Of a stretch of DNA of 64,000 nucleotides, positions 48,390-61,206 are shown piece by piece. The notes below the pieces were generated by a model. The model did no database searches and was not told the DNA's origin. It was given only the letters and a program-made list of their open reading frames with translations. The translations under genes and the position numbers were made by a program. Source of the DNA: Squalus acanthias (taxonomy: Eukaryota); NCBI GenBank assembly GCA_030390025.1, contig CM059432.1:45572001-45636000 (forward strand), written 5' to 3'. Each line of letters opens with the position of its first letter. Position 1 is the first letter of the stretch.

Positions 48390-49506
48390 TCACAGCCACA
48401 TGGCTAATTGTGCTTGTAGTTCACCAACCTTATTCACCACACTTCGTGCATTTACATACATGCATTCAAAACCCATTTTTGAATTTTTTGTAGTCTTTCT
48501 TAGTCTGCTCCTATATAATATGGTACTTCTACCTCCTCTAGTACTATCATCTCTAGTACTATCCAACACAATCACTCTTTTATGCACCTTATTCCTCTTT
48601 TCTACTCCTATATGCTGGTGCCCATCCCCCTGCCAAGCTAGTTTAAATCCTCCCCAACAGCACTAACAAACCTCCCTGTGAGAATATTGGTCCCGGCTCT
48701 GTTGAGGTGTAACCCGTCCAGCTTGTACAGGTCCCACCTTCCCCAGAAACGGTCCCAATGCCTCAGGAATCTAAAGCCCTCCCCCCTGCACCATCTCTCC
48801 AGCCACGCATTCATCTGTTCTATCCTCCTATTCCTGTACTCACTAGCACGTGGCAACGGTAGTAATCCGGAGATTACTACCTTTGAGGTCCTGCTTTTTA
48901 ATCTCTTTCCTAGCTCCCTAAACTCTGCCTGCAGGACCTCATCCCTCTTTCTGCCTATGTCATTGGTACCGTTATGGACAATGACCTCTGGCTGTTCACC
49001 CTCCACCCTCAGAGTGTCCTGCAGCTGCTCAGTGACATCCCTGACCCTGGCACCAGGGAGGCAACATACCATCCTGGAGTCACGTCTACGGCCGCAGAAA
49101 CGCCTGTTTGCTCCTCTAACTATTGAATCCCCTACCACTATTGCTCTTCCACTCTTTTTCCTCCCCCCCTGTGCAGCTGAGCCACCCGTGGTGCTGTGGA
49201 CTTGACTTTGGCTGCTCTCCCCAGAGGAACCATTGCCCTCACCAGTACACAGAACAGAATACTGGTTGGAGAGCACAATGTACTCCGGGGACTCCTGCAC
49301 ACCTGCCTGGTCCTCCTCTTCTGTCTGGCGGTTGCCCATTCTCTCTCTGCCTGCACACTCTTAAGCTGCGGGGTGACCACATCCTGAAATGTGCTATCCA
49401 CGTAACGCTCAGCCTTGCGGATGCACCGCAGTGAGTCCAGCCACCACTCAAGCTCCGAAACCCGGAGCTCGAGTTGCTGTAGCTGGCGACACTTCCTGCA
49501 CATGTA
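48390..49506 (-). mobile_element. CR1 5' part: ORF1 (half Zn finger, leucine zipper, SGNH esterase; frameshift at ~49320) and start of ORF2 APE
   Basis: CRKCRQLQQLELRVSELE; VVGDSIVRG, CLPGARV, HNGTNDIG, DGLHLN; ECMYVNARSVVNKVGEL. Confidence 0.92.
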
Positions 49507-52500
49507 CCGCTCCTCCCGCTCTCGGCGCTCTTTATACTGCTCCTCCTGCTCTCGGCGCTCTTTATACCACTCCTCCCACTCTCGGCGCTCTTTATACCAC
49601 TCCTCCCACTCTCGGCGCTCTTTATACCGCTCCTCCCGCTCTCGGCACTCTTTATACCGCTCCTCCCACTCTCGGCACTCTTTATACCACTCCTCCCACT
49701 CTCGGCGCTCTTTATACCACTCCTCCCACTCTCGGCGCTCTTTATACCACTCCTCCCACTCTCGGCGCTCTTTATACCACTCCTCCCACTCTCGGCACTC
49801 TTTATACCGCTCCTCCCGCTCTCGGCGCTCTTTATACCACTCCTGCCGCTCTCGGCGCTCTTTATACCGCTCCTCCCGCTCTCGGCGCTCTTTATACCGC
49901 TCCTCCCACTCTCGGCGCTCTTTATACCACTCCTGCCGCTCTCGGCACTCTTTATACCGCTGCTCCTGCTCTCGGCACTCTTTATACCGCTCCTCCCACT
50001 CTCGGCACTCTTTATACCGCTCCTCCCACTCTCGGCACTCTTTATACTGCTCCTCCCGCTCTCGGTGCTCTTTATACCGCTCCTCCCACTCTCGGCGCTC
50101 TTTATACCGCTCCTCCCACTCTCGCCGCTCTTTATACCGCTCCTCCCACTCTCAGCGCTCTTTATACCGCTCCTCCTGCACTCGGCGCTCTTTATACCGC
50201 TCCTCCCACTCTCGGCGCTCTTTATACCGCTCCTCCCGATCTCGGCGCTCTTTATACCGCTCCTCCCGCTCTCGGCACTCTTTGTGCCGCTCCTCCCACT
50301 CTCGGCACTCTTTGTGCCGCTCCTCCCACTCTCGGCACTCTTTGTGCCGCTCCTCCCGCTTTCGGCGCTCTTTATACCGCTCCTCCCACTCTCGGCACTC
50401 TTTATACCGCTCCTCCCACTCTCGGCGCTCTTTATACGGCTCCTCCCGCTCTCGGCGCTCTTTATACGGCTCCTCCCGCTCTCGGCGCTCTTTGTGCCGC
50501 TCCTCCCGCTCTCGGTGCTCTTTATACCGCTCCTCCCACTCTCGGCGCTCTTTATACCGCTCCTCCCGCTCTCGGTGCTCTTTATACCGCTCCTCCCACT
50601 CTCGGCGCTCTTTATACCGCTCCTCCCGCTCTCGGTGCTCTTTATACGGCTCCTCCCGCTCTCGGCACTCTTTATACTGCTCCTCCCGCTCTCGGCGCTC
50701 TTTATACCGCTCCTCCCGCTCTCGGCACTCTTTATACCGCTCCTCCCACTCTCGGCACTCTTTATACCGCTCCTCCCGCTTTCGGCGCTCTTTATACCAC
50801 TCCTCCCACTCTCGGCACTCTTTATACCGCTCCTCCCACTCTCGGCACTCTTTATACCGCTCCTCCCACTCTCGGCGCTCTTTATACCGCTCCTCCCACT
50901 CTCAGCGCTCTTTATACCACTCCTCCCACTCTCGGCACTCTTTATACCGCTCCTCCCGCTCTCGGCACTCTTTATACCACTCCTCCCACTCTCGGCACTC
51001 TTTATACTGCTCCTCCCACTCTCGGCGCTCTTTATACCGCTCCTCCCACTCTCGGCACTCTTTATACCGCTCCTCCCACTCTTGGCGCTCTTTATACGGC
51101 TCCTCCCGCTCTCGGCACTCTTTGTGCCGCTCCTCCCGCTCTCGGTGCTCTTTATACTGCTCCTCCCGCTCTCGGTGCTCTTTATACCGCTCCTCCCGCT
51201 CTCGGTGCTCTTTATACCGCTCCTCCCGCTCTCGGTGCTCTTTATACCGCTCCTCCCACTCTCGGCGCTCTTTATACTGCTCCTCCCGCTCTCGGCACTC
51301 TTTATACTGCTCCTCCCGCTCTCGGCGCTCTTTATACCGCTCCTCCCGCTTTCGGCGCTCTTTATACCACTCCTCCCACTCTCGGCACTCTTTATACCGC
51401 TGCTCCTGCTCTCGGCACTCTTTATACCGCTCCTCCCGCTCTCGGCGCTCTTTATACCGCTCTTCCCGCTCTCGGCACTCTTTATACCACTCCTCCCACT
51501 CTCGGCACTCTTTATACTGCTCCTCCCGCTCTCGGCACTCTTTATACTGCTCCTCCCGCTCTCGGCGCTCTTTATACGGCTCCTCCCGCTCTCGGCGCTC
51601 TTTATACCGCTCCTCCCACTCTCGGCACTCTTTATACCGCTCCTCCCACTCTTGGCGCTCTTTATACGGCTCCTCCCGCTCTCGGCGCTCTTTGTGCCGC
51701 TCCTCCCGCTCTCGGTGCTCTTTATACCGCTCCTCCCGCTCTCGGTGCTCTTTATACCGCTCCTCCCGCTCTCGGTGCTCTTTATACCGCTCCTCCCACT
51801 CTCGGCGCTCTTTATACTGCTCCTCCCGCTCTCGGCACTCTTTATACTGCTCCTCCCGCTCTCGGCGCTCTTTATACCGCTCCTCCCGCTTTCGGCGCTC
51901 TTTATACCACTCCTCCCACTCTCGGCACTCTTTATACCGCTGCTCCTGCTCTCGGCGCTCTTTATACCACTCCTCCCGCTCTCGGCACTCTTTATACCGC
52001 TCCTCCCGCTCTCGGCACTCTTTATACCGCAGCTCCCGCTCTCGGCACTCTTTATACCGCTGCTCCCGCTCTCGGCACTCTTTATACCGCTCCTCCCACT
52101 CTCGGCGCTCTTTATACCGCTGCTCCCGCTCTCGGCACTCTTTATACCGCTCCTCCCGCTCTCGGCACTCTTTATACCGCAGCTCCCGCTCTCGGCACTC
52201 TTTATACCGCTGCTCCCGCTCTCGGCACTCTTTATACGGCTCCTCCCACTCTCGGCGCTCTTTATACCGCTCCTCCCACTCTCGGCGCTCTTTATACCGC
52301 TCCTCCCACTCTCGGCGCTCTTTATACCGCTCCTCCCACTCTCGGCGCTCTTTATACCGCTCCTCCCACTCTCGGCGCTCTTTATACCGCTCCTCCTGCT
52401 CTCGGCGCTCTTTATACCACTCCTCCCACTCTCGGCGCTCTTTATACGGCTCCTCCCACTCTCGGCGCTCTTTATACCGCTCCTCCCGCTCTCGGCGCTC

Positions 52501-52716
52501 TTTATACGGCTCCTCCCACTCTCGGCGCTCTTTATACCGCTCCTCCCACTCTCGGCGCTCTTTATACGGCTCCTCCCGCTCTCGGCGCTCTTTGTGCCGC
52601 TGCTCCCGCTCTCGGCGCTCTTTATACCGTTCCACCCGATCTCAGCGCTCTTTGGGCCGCTGTTCCTGCTCTCGGCGCTCTTTGTGCTGCTGCTCCCGAT
52701 CTCGGCGCTCTTTATT
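49501..52716. repeat. 30-bp tandem array, ~107 units, consensus TTTATACCGCTCCTCCC(A/G)CTCTCGGC(G/A)CTC
   Basis: Units stay in exact 30-bp register throughout; the most degenerate units are at the 52.6-52.7 kb end. Confidence 0.99.
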
Positions 52717-52739
52717 GCTGTAATTTGTTGATGCTGCAG

Positions 52740-52811
52740 GATCATTTGGCTTAGTGGCAGCATCCCTGCCTCTGATTCAAAAGGTTCAGGGCTTAAACCC
52801 TGCTCCAGACA
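52740..52811 (+). mobile_element. Degenerate tRNA-like SINE head
   Basis: TGGCTTAGTGG A-box-like sequence, GCCTCTGATTCAAAAGG and a decayed B box. Confidence 0.4.
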
Positions 52812-54013
52812 GTCCCGGTAAGTCCCGGTAAGTGAAGCTCCTGCTCTGGGTTGACATCCAGTGGGATAATCGCGTCTGGTGGGTGTGGGTGCTCCCCTCT
52901 CATCATATGGGAGAATAGAATAAAATAGCCATCAACTAGTTAATTAATCATTACCTTTTGATTTTCTTTCCTTTTACTCTGCGTCCTCCAGAGTATGTGT
53001 AATGCCTCATCTGCCAGCCAGTTCTGCTTATACCTGTGATCATATTTCAAACTCTTCCTTCTTTGATAAGTTGCTTAGCAACAAGCCTGATTGAAATATA
53101 TTCAAAGGTTTGCAAAGAAACTATTGATATTATTTTGCAGAAGTTTGAAATTTGAACCAACTGAAATTTTTCAGCATTGCACAGGATACCTTTCTTTCAT
53201 TGTTTACTAACATTTTCATTTTGTGCATAATTAACAGTTAATTAAATGGAAACTGAGAAAAGATAATTTTAATGAAATCAACTGATATGATTAGAACAAG
53301 AGCAATGACTTTTGTATATGTTGAAATTTCTCGTACATTGGTTCCCCATTCTACATAAGCACAGTTGATGAATATTAGCAGACCTACAATAGAAAGTAAA
53401 TATAAATATTAAATAGTAAAAGATAAGAAGAACTCAAATGCTACCAGTTCTAATGAAACATTGCACCTGAACCATTTTCGATTGCTAATTTGCTCTAAAT
53501 TGGCCATCACACTTGAATTGCACAAGAATGGTTGATGTAGGAAACAGAAACATTGGTCCCGAAAATCTGCAGCTGTCAGACTCTTGCTACAACTTTCGGA
53601 ACAGCATACTGGGTCCCAACTTAGTGCCAAATTTTCGAAGTTGATCTTGTGGCAAGTTCCGCCGCCCACCACAAACAAGGCAATCAATGTAAGGGGGAGG
53701 GGCTCCTGGGACTCCAAACAATGGAGTTTCCACATCCCATGTCTTCTTTGTCTCCCAGCCTATGGTTGGGGCAGGAATGTCTGGCATACCAGCTGACCAA
53801 AGGCAGAAGAGAGGCCCATCTGAGATTCTGGCCAGGATCGTGTCCTGACCCCTACAGACCTGGAAGCAATTTTTTTTCATGTTTTAAGGCAGCCCCATTT
53901 GTGAGGGGTTATAGGACAACTAAAAGCTATTTCCAGCGGGAATTTGACACCCCACCTAGCACCAGGCATTTATTACTACTTACTGATCATCCCAAAGTAC
54001 TGCACAAAGGCGT

Positions 54014-56105
54014 AATCTCTCTCCATTTAAATAATAATTTGCTTTTCTATTCTTTCCTACCAAAGTGGATAACTTCACATTTTCCCACATTATACTCCAT
54101 CTGCCAAATTCTTGCCCACTCACTTAACCTATCTATATCCCTTTGCAGATTCTTTATGTTCTCCTCACAACTTGCTTTCCCACCTATCTTTGTATCATCC
54201 GCAAATTTGGCTACAGTACACTCGCTTCCTTCATCCTAGTCATTAATATAGATTGAAAATAGTTGTCTCAGCACTGATCCCTGTGGCACCCCACTAGTTA
54301 CAGATTGCCATCCTGAAAATGACCCATTTATTCCAACTCTCTGTTTTCTGTTAGTTAGCCAATCCTCTATCCAATCTACTTTATTACCCCCAACACCATG
54401 AGCTCTTATCTTATGCAGTAACCTTTTATGTGGCACCTTGTCGAATGCCTTTTGGAAATCCAAATACACTACATCTACTGGTTCCCCTTTATCCACCCAG
54501 CTCATTATCTCCCATAAGAACTCTAATAGATTTGTCAAACACGATTTCCCTTTCATAAAACCATGTTGACTCTGTTTGATTGTTTTATGATTTTCTAAAT
54601 GCCCTGCTACTACTTCATTAATAATGGATTCGAGCATTTTGCCAATGACAGATGTTAGGCTAACAGACCTATAGTTTCCTGCTTTCTGTCTCACTCCTGT
54701 TTTGAATAAGAGTGTTATATTTGCGGTTTTCCAATCTGCTGGGACTTTTCCAGAGTCATGGGAATTTTGGAAGATTACAATCAATGCATCCACTATTTCT
54801 GTAGCCACTTATTTTAAGACCCTAGGATGCAGGCCATAAGGTCCAGGGGACTTGTCAACCCATAAGTTTGCCTAGCACTTTTTCTCTAGTGATAGTGATT
54901 GTTTTAAGTTCCTTCCTCCCTTTTGCCCCTTGATTTTCTACTATTACTGGAATATTTTTAGTGTCCTTTACTGTGAAGACAGATACAAAATATTTGTTCA
55001 ATGCCTCTGCCATTTCCTTGTTTCCCATTATTATTTCCCCAGTCTCATTCTCTAAGGGACCAACATTTACATTAGCTACTCTCTTCCTTTTTATATACTT
55101 GTAGAAGCTCTTACTGTCAGCTTTTATATTCCTTGCTAGTTTACTCTCATAAGCTATTTTCTCCCTCTTTATTATTTTTTTAGTCATCCTTTGCTGGTTT
55201 CTAAAATGTTCCCAATCTTCTGGCCTACCACTAATCTTTGCAACATTGTACGCCTTTTCTTTCAAGTTGATACCATCCTTAACGTCCTTAGTTAGCCATG
55301 GTTGCAATGTCACCTTTTCTTCGAGTCTTTCTTTCTCACTGAATTATATCTTTGTTGAGAGTCATGAAATATCTCTTTAAATTTCTGCCACTGCTTTTCT
55401 ACCATCTTACCTTCTAGTCTATTTTACCAGTCCACTTTAGCCAACTCTCTCCTCATATCTTTATACTTGCCTTTATTTAAGTTTAATACTCTAGTTTCAG
55501 ACCCAAGTTTCTCACCTTCAAACTGAATGTGGAATTCTATCATGTTATGATCACTCTTCCCTAGAGGATCCTTTACTATCATTAATTAATCCTGTTTCAT
55601 TACACATATCCAGATCTAAAATAGTCTGTTCCCTGGTCGGTTCCACAATGTATTGTTCCAAGAAACTGTCCTGAATATACTCTATGAACTCGTCCTCAAG
55701 GCTGCTTTTGCCAATTTGATTTATCCAATCTATATGAAGATTAAAATCACCCACGATTATTGCAGTACCTTTCTTACAAGCCCCCATTATTTCTTGATTT
55801 TTACTCTGTCCTATAGTGTAGCTACTTTTAGGGGGCCTATAGACTACTCCCACCAGTGCCTTCTTTCCCTTACTATTTCTTACCTCCACCCAAATTGATT
55901 CTACATCTGGAACTTCTGAGCCAAGATCATTTCTCACTACTAGACTGATCTTATCCTTTATTAACAGAGCTACCCCACCTCCTTTTCCTTTCTGTCTATC
56001 CTTCCAAAATGTCAAATACCCCTGAATATTCAGTTCCTAGCCTTGGTCACATTGCAACCACGTCTCTGAGATGGCTATTGGATCATACACATTTATTTCT
56101 ATTTG
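54014..56105 (-). mobile_element. CR1 ORF2 fragment (APE to RT), truncated at both ends
   Basis: GGGVALLIK, YRPP, VGDFNL, NYRSVSLTS, QHGFMKGKSCLTNL, LDFQKAFDKVPH, GVPQGSVL, KFADDTK. Confidence 0.93.
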
Positions 56106-56328
56106 CTCAATGTACCACACCCCATCACTCACCTACCAACAATCTCTATCAATCAAGACTTATACCTCATATTCATAGCTTCACCTCACCCTCACACACT
56201 TAGTACTGCTGCAAGCCTCACACCCACATCTCACAGCTTGCACACACTGCCAGCTATTCAACCATGACAGGCACATCACCCAAACACATTGCACCACACC
56301 CACTGACACACTTATCTCTCTCTTGCAG

Positions 56329-57714
56329 GACAAGGTGGCTCACAACCGAAGGCAGCAGGGCTACCCACAGGGAGACGGGAGTGCCTGCATGACCTAACCC
56401 CCATGGAGGAGTTGGTGCTGGAGATTTTTGGACCGTCCATCACTGAGCCCGTGGCCAGTGACGGGGCTGAAACAAAATGATGGTACCCTCATAACTAATT
56501 CTCCTTCTCACATCCCACATCCCTCTCATCCCACAATCTTTTCTGATTTACAGGCTGCAGATGGTGTAAGCAGGCACCTCTTACTCCCCCCACCCCTTCC
56601 CTCACCGCACCATACCCTTGTACCTTTATCCTTTCAGATAGCCAAGAACTGCAACCTGGCCTGGCAGTGGTGGAGGAGCAAGATTGGAAGAGGAAGAAGG
56701 CAGTGATGCTGAAGACACAGCACCATCACTCGATTTCACACTCGCAGCCACCAGCTCAGATACTGACACTCCGCATACTTTAGAGGACAGGTTAGGTGTG
56801 GGATCTGCACATGGTGAGACACCGGGCACGAGTGGCCTGCAACCAGGGCAGGGGGCAAAGGTAATGCAGGTGCCAGCTCCCCAGAAGGCGAGGTCGCACA
56901 CAAGTTCTGCTGCAAAGGACGCAGATGAGGACTTCGATGGGGCCGGTTCCAGAAGAAGGCTGATTGATATGCACAATGAAATGCTTGGTGCATTGGCAGG
57001 CCTGCCAGAAAGCCTGCATTCAATGACAAGGAGCATGGAGGAGTCCGGCACCAACTTGGCACAGGGCTTTGCGCAGAGCTTGGAGCTCATCCTTACCAGC
57101 ATGCAAGTGATGGCCAACTCCATTCGCACACTTGCGGACCCAACCAGATTGCGGGGTCTGAGGACCAATGTCTCAGCTTCCATTGCAGCACAAGTAGAAG
57201 CCACCCAACATTTGGATGTTGCAGTGGAAGCTCAGACTGCAGTCCTGCAAGCTCAGACTGCTGCCACCATGGCTGCACTTACCAGTGTTCAAAGGGGCTT
57301 GCAGGGTGCCACAGCAGTTCAGCAATCTGTCCTCCAACAGATTACTAGGAATGCTGAGGTGCTGCCCCGGGGGAGTGGCAGTGGCTCTGAGGAGCACGAA
57401 CCTGCTGTTAGTTCTCAGAATGACAGCATTTGTCCTCCCACCCCACCACTCTACCAGTGCCCTTGCTGTTGTCTGTCAGCCAGCCCGCACTGACTGCTGC
57501 CGCCCATGCCAAGATGGTGAAGTCCGAAGCTGGGCCTTCTAGGCCCAGAGCTACTCGAGGTTGTTCTCCAAGGCTATCTGCCGTCTCCTCCACTGAATGT
57601 CAGCAGTTTTCCACCAGCCATGCTGCAGCCACTGGGGTAGCACTTCGTAGGAGCACTAGGACAAGCAAAGGCACATGGAAGACAGGCACTAAGGGAATGA
57701 ACAAGTGTGATTAG
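56329..57714 (+). pseudogene. Harbinger partner gene exons 2-3
   Basis: Same splice junctions as the other copies; ORF 56684-57493 with MHNEMLGALAGLPESL. Confidence 0.78.
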
Positions 57715-57889
57715 TATAAGCTTGTATGCAATATGGCATGATTTAATTCATAAATTTGGTTTGGAATGTTTATTTTGTGTTGCCTTTTATATTGCATTGT
57801 GGCCAAGTGGATACTGTGATCGTCAGTGACAGAGGGAAGGTAAGGAGTGTGGGACTGTTGGTATATGTGGAATCAGGGTTGCATTTACT

Positions 57890-59021
57890 GGTATTGCAGC
57901 CGGATGAGTCAGTCACAGCGCGGCCAGAAAGGGACTCTCTGGGTTGCCTCCTCCCTTCTGCTTCCTCCTCCTCCTCCTCCTGCTCCTCAGCTGATTGCCA
58001 TATAACTAGTGGCAAGGGCTGTGCCCTCATGATGGTGAGGTTGTGCAGCATGCAGCAGACCACCACAAACCTCAACACCCGCTCTGCCGAATACTGCAGG
58101 GCTCCTCCAGAGTGGTCCAGACAGCGGACACGTTGCTTTAGCATGCCAATGGTCTGCTTGATGATATTTCGTGTGGCAGCATGGCTTTCATTGTATGAAT
58201 GCTGCCCATGTATGCGTGAGTTGTGCACCTGAGTCATGAGTCATGTTGTTAACAGATAGCCCTTGTTGCCCAGTAGCCACCCTCTAGTTTGCCTTGGTGG
58301 CTCAAATGCAGATGGGACAGTGGACTGCCACAGAATGAAGGCATCATGACTGCTGTCAGGTTACCGGGCATTGACCTGCATGATTTGCTGAGTATGGTCG
58401 CACACCAGCTGAACGTTGAGGGAGTGAAATCCCTTTTGGTTGCGGTACATCTCAGAGTTGACATGCGGCGCCCGCAAAGCAATGTGAATGCAGTCAATGG
58501 CACCCTGCACCATTGGGAAGCCTGCAATCCTCACAAAACCGCATGCTCGCACTGCCTGCTGCTCTCTGGCCAGAGAGAAGGAAATGTATTCAGCTCTCTT
58601 GGAATACTAAGCCTCATTTACCTCCCTTATGCAGCAGTGCACGGCAAACTGGGAGATGTTGCAAATATATCTTGCTCCAGCCTGGAAGGAGCCAGATGCA
58701 TAAACGTTCATGGCAACCGTCACATTCACAGACACTGGCAAAGCGGTCCTCGCCCTGCTCTGAGGTTGCAGTTGTGGCTGCAGCAGGTGGCAGATCTCAG
58801 TGAGGACATCCTTGGTGAATCCCAGATGTCTAATGCACTATTCCTCGCTGAGGTTCAGATAGGAGTATTGTTCCCTGAACACCCTGGGAGGATACGACCT
58901 TTGTCCTGCACCCCCTCCTCCTCCTCCTCCCTCTTCCAGTAGCTTGTCCTGCTCTGTGTCTTCTCTGCTCATTCTCCCCGCCATGCTGTAGGCCAAGTGG
59001 AATGCCTATGACTGCACCCAT
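57890..59021 (-). pseudogene. Harbinger transposase, near full length, frameshifted
   Basis: MGAVIGIPLG; IAGFPMVQGAIDCIHIAL; YRNQKGFHSLNVQLVCDH; SHDAFIL; LGNKGY; IGMLKQRVRCLD; CCMLHNL. Confidence 0.92.
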
Positions 59022-60749
59022 GTCTGGCAGCAAATGGTCTGTGCAGAATCCTTGAACTCAGGACAAAGTCCCTCAGCACCTGCCACACCACTCCCTGTAG
59101 ACTTTAGCAACTTGAAAGAACTGTATAAACCACCAAACATTTCTACAAACTCAGCAACAGCCAGTAGAAATCAATTGCAGCTAAATTGTAAAATGGTGAC
59201 GATCCCTTTAAATAATGCTGGTGGGGGTCCTTCCTGCTGCTGAATGCATGTTCAGCTTTGCATGTTTAAGAGAGGGCATTAGCTGAAGCGTTGAATTGGA
59301 GCATTGTCCTCTGATTGACGTCACAACCTGCCTACTCTGCATACCACTGGCACACGCTACATGTGCCCGTGTTAATGACCTGCTCAAAATGGTGTCCGGC
59401 GCGGCCACACCAGAAGCGTGCGCAGCGGACGTCATTTTGGACCCAAATCAACACCGCTAGTGCCCAAGTAACAGCTGCCAAGTAGCCAAATTTTGTGGCC
59501 AATGTTCCTTAGTGCAATATTTGTTCTCATTTACAAAAGGCAGTGAAGCAGCAATGTATCATAGAATCATAGAAAGTTACAGCACGGAAGGAGGCCATTT
59601 TGGCCCATCGTGTCCACGCCGGCCAACAAAGAGCTTTCCAGCCTAATCCCACTTCCCAGCTCTTGGTCTGTAGCCCTGCAGGTTAGAGCATCCCAAGTGA
59701 ACATCCAAGTACTTTTTAAATGTGGTTAGGGTTCCTGCCTCTACCACCCTTTCAGGCAGTGAGTTCCAGACCCCCACAACCCTCTGGGTGAAGAAATTTC
59801 CCCTCAAATCCCCTCTAAACCTTCCCCTAATTACTTTAAATCTGTGCCCCCTGGTTTTTGACCCTGCTGCTAAGGAAAATAGGTCCATTCTATCCACTTT
59901 ATCTATGCCCCTCATAATTTTCTACACCTCAATAAGGTCTCCCCTCAGCCTATCCAGTCTTTCCTCATAGCTAAGATTCTCTACTCCCGGCAACATTCTT
60001 GTAAATCTCCTCTGTACCCTCTCTAGTGCAATCACATCTTTCCTGCAATGTGGTGACCAGAACTGCACGCAGTACTCTAGCTGAGGCCTAACTAGTGTTT
60101 TATACAGTTGAAGCCTAACCCCCCTGCTCTTGTATTCTATGCCACAGCTAATGAAGGCAAGCATTCCGCATGCCTTCTTAACCACCTTATCTAACTGGCC
60201 TGCTACCTTCAGGGATCTATGGACATGCACTCCAAGGTCTCTTTGTTCCTCTACACTACTCAGTGTCCTACCATTTAATGTGTATTCCCTTTCCTTGTTA
60301 GCCCTCCCCAAATGCATTACCTCACACTTCTCTGGATTGAATTCCATTTGCCACTGTTCTGCCCACCTGACCAACTTATTGATATCTTCCTGCAGTCTAC
60401 AGCTTCCTTCTTCAGTATCAACCACACAGCCGATTTTAGTATCATCTGCAAACTTCTTAATCATACCCCCTATATTCAAGTCTAGATCATTGATATATAC
60501 CACAGAAAGCAAGGGACCTAGTACTGAGCCCTGCGGAACCCCACTGGAAACAGCCTTCCAGTCACAAAAGCACCCATCAACCATTACCCTCTGCTTCCTG
60601 TCTGCGAGCCAGTTTTGAATCCAACTTGACACTTTGCCCTGGATCCCATGGGCTTTTAACTTCGTGACCAGTCTGCCATGTGGAACCTTATCAAAAGCCT
60701 TGCTAAAGTCCATATACACTACTTCAAACGCACTACCCTCATCTACCCG

Positions 60750-61206
60750 ATAGCAAAATACTGCGGATGCTGGAAAATTGAAACAACAACAGAAAATGCT
60801 GGAAAAACTCAGCAGGCCGGGCAACATCCGTGGAGAGAGAAACAGAGTTAACGTTTCAGGTCGAAGCCCTTCATCAGAACTGAGAAAAGAGCAGGAAATA
60901 GAACAGATAAACATGCAAGGGGGAGGTGTGAAATGCTGGCAGAATGAGAGACAGCTGCCGTAGGGGGAGAGAGAGAAAAAAAAAGGAAAAAGGCACGAAC
61001 CAAAAGGGTGGATAAAATGTATATATATGTGGTGGGGGCCGAGGTTATGATCTGAAATTGTTGAACTCGATATTGAGTCCGGAAGGCTGTAAAGTGCCTA
61101 AACGAAAGATGAGGTGCTGTTCCTCGAGCTTACGCTGAGCTTCCGTGGAACAATGCACGAGGCCGAGGACAGTGAGGTCTGAGTGGGCGTGGAGAGGTGA
61201 ATTAAA
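60750..61206 (-). mobile_element. Penelope-like element 3' fragment (GIY-YIG C-terminus at 61206-61045 plus pLTR)
   Basis: FNSPLHAHSDLTVLGLVHCSTEAQRKLEEQHLIFRLGTLQPSGLNIEFNNFRS*, followed by a hammerhead-containing repeat. Confidence 0.85.
60846..60881 (-). ncRNA. Minimal type I hammerhead ribozyme
   Basis: AGTT-CTGATGA-AGG(GCTTCGA)CCT-GAAA-CGTT-AACT: stem I AGTT/AACT, core boxes, stem II, palindromic stem III. Confidence 0.75.

Larger units (their letters stand above)
56106..59501. mobile_element. Harbinger copy D (left end lost)
   Basis: Partner gene on +, transposase on -; the terminus AGCCAAATTTTGTGGCCA matches the left end of copy B. Confidence 0.88.

Noticed and set aside
49501..52716. 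CRISPR-like array
   Set aside because: No unique spacers, head-to-tail units, eukaryotic context and no cas genes.
49239..52763. Five very long ORFs (577-1174 aa) on both strands
   Set aside because: They arise from a stop-poor 30-bp unit; overlapping open frames on both strands are not evidence of a gene.
58361..58552. Host HARBI1 gene
   Set aside because: Multi-copy, frameshifted and flanked by TIRs and the partner gene, so these are transposon copies rather than the domesticated gene.
59922..60914. 330-aa RT ORF with a novel N-terminus
   Set aside because: The N-terminus is the non-coding Penelope pLTR read in frame with CR1 RT by chance.
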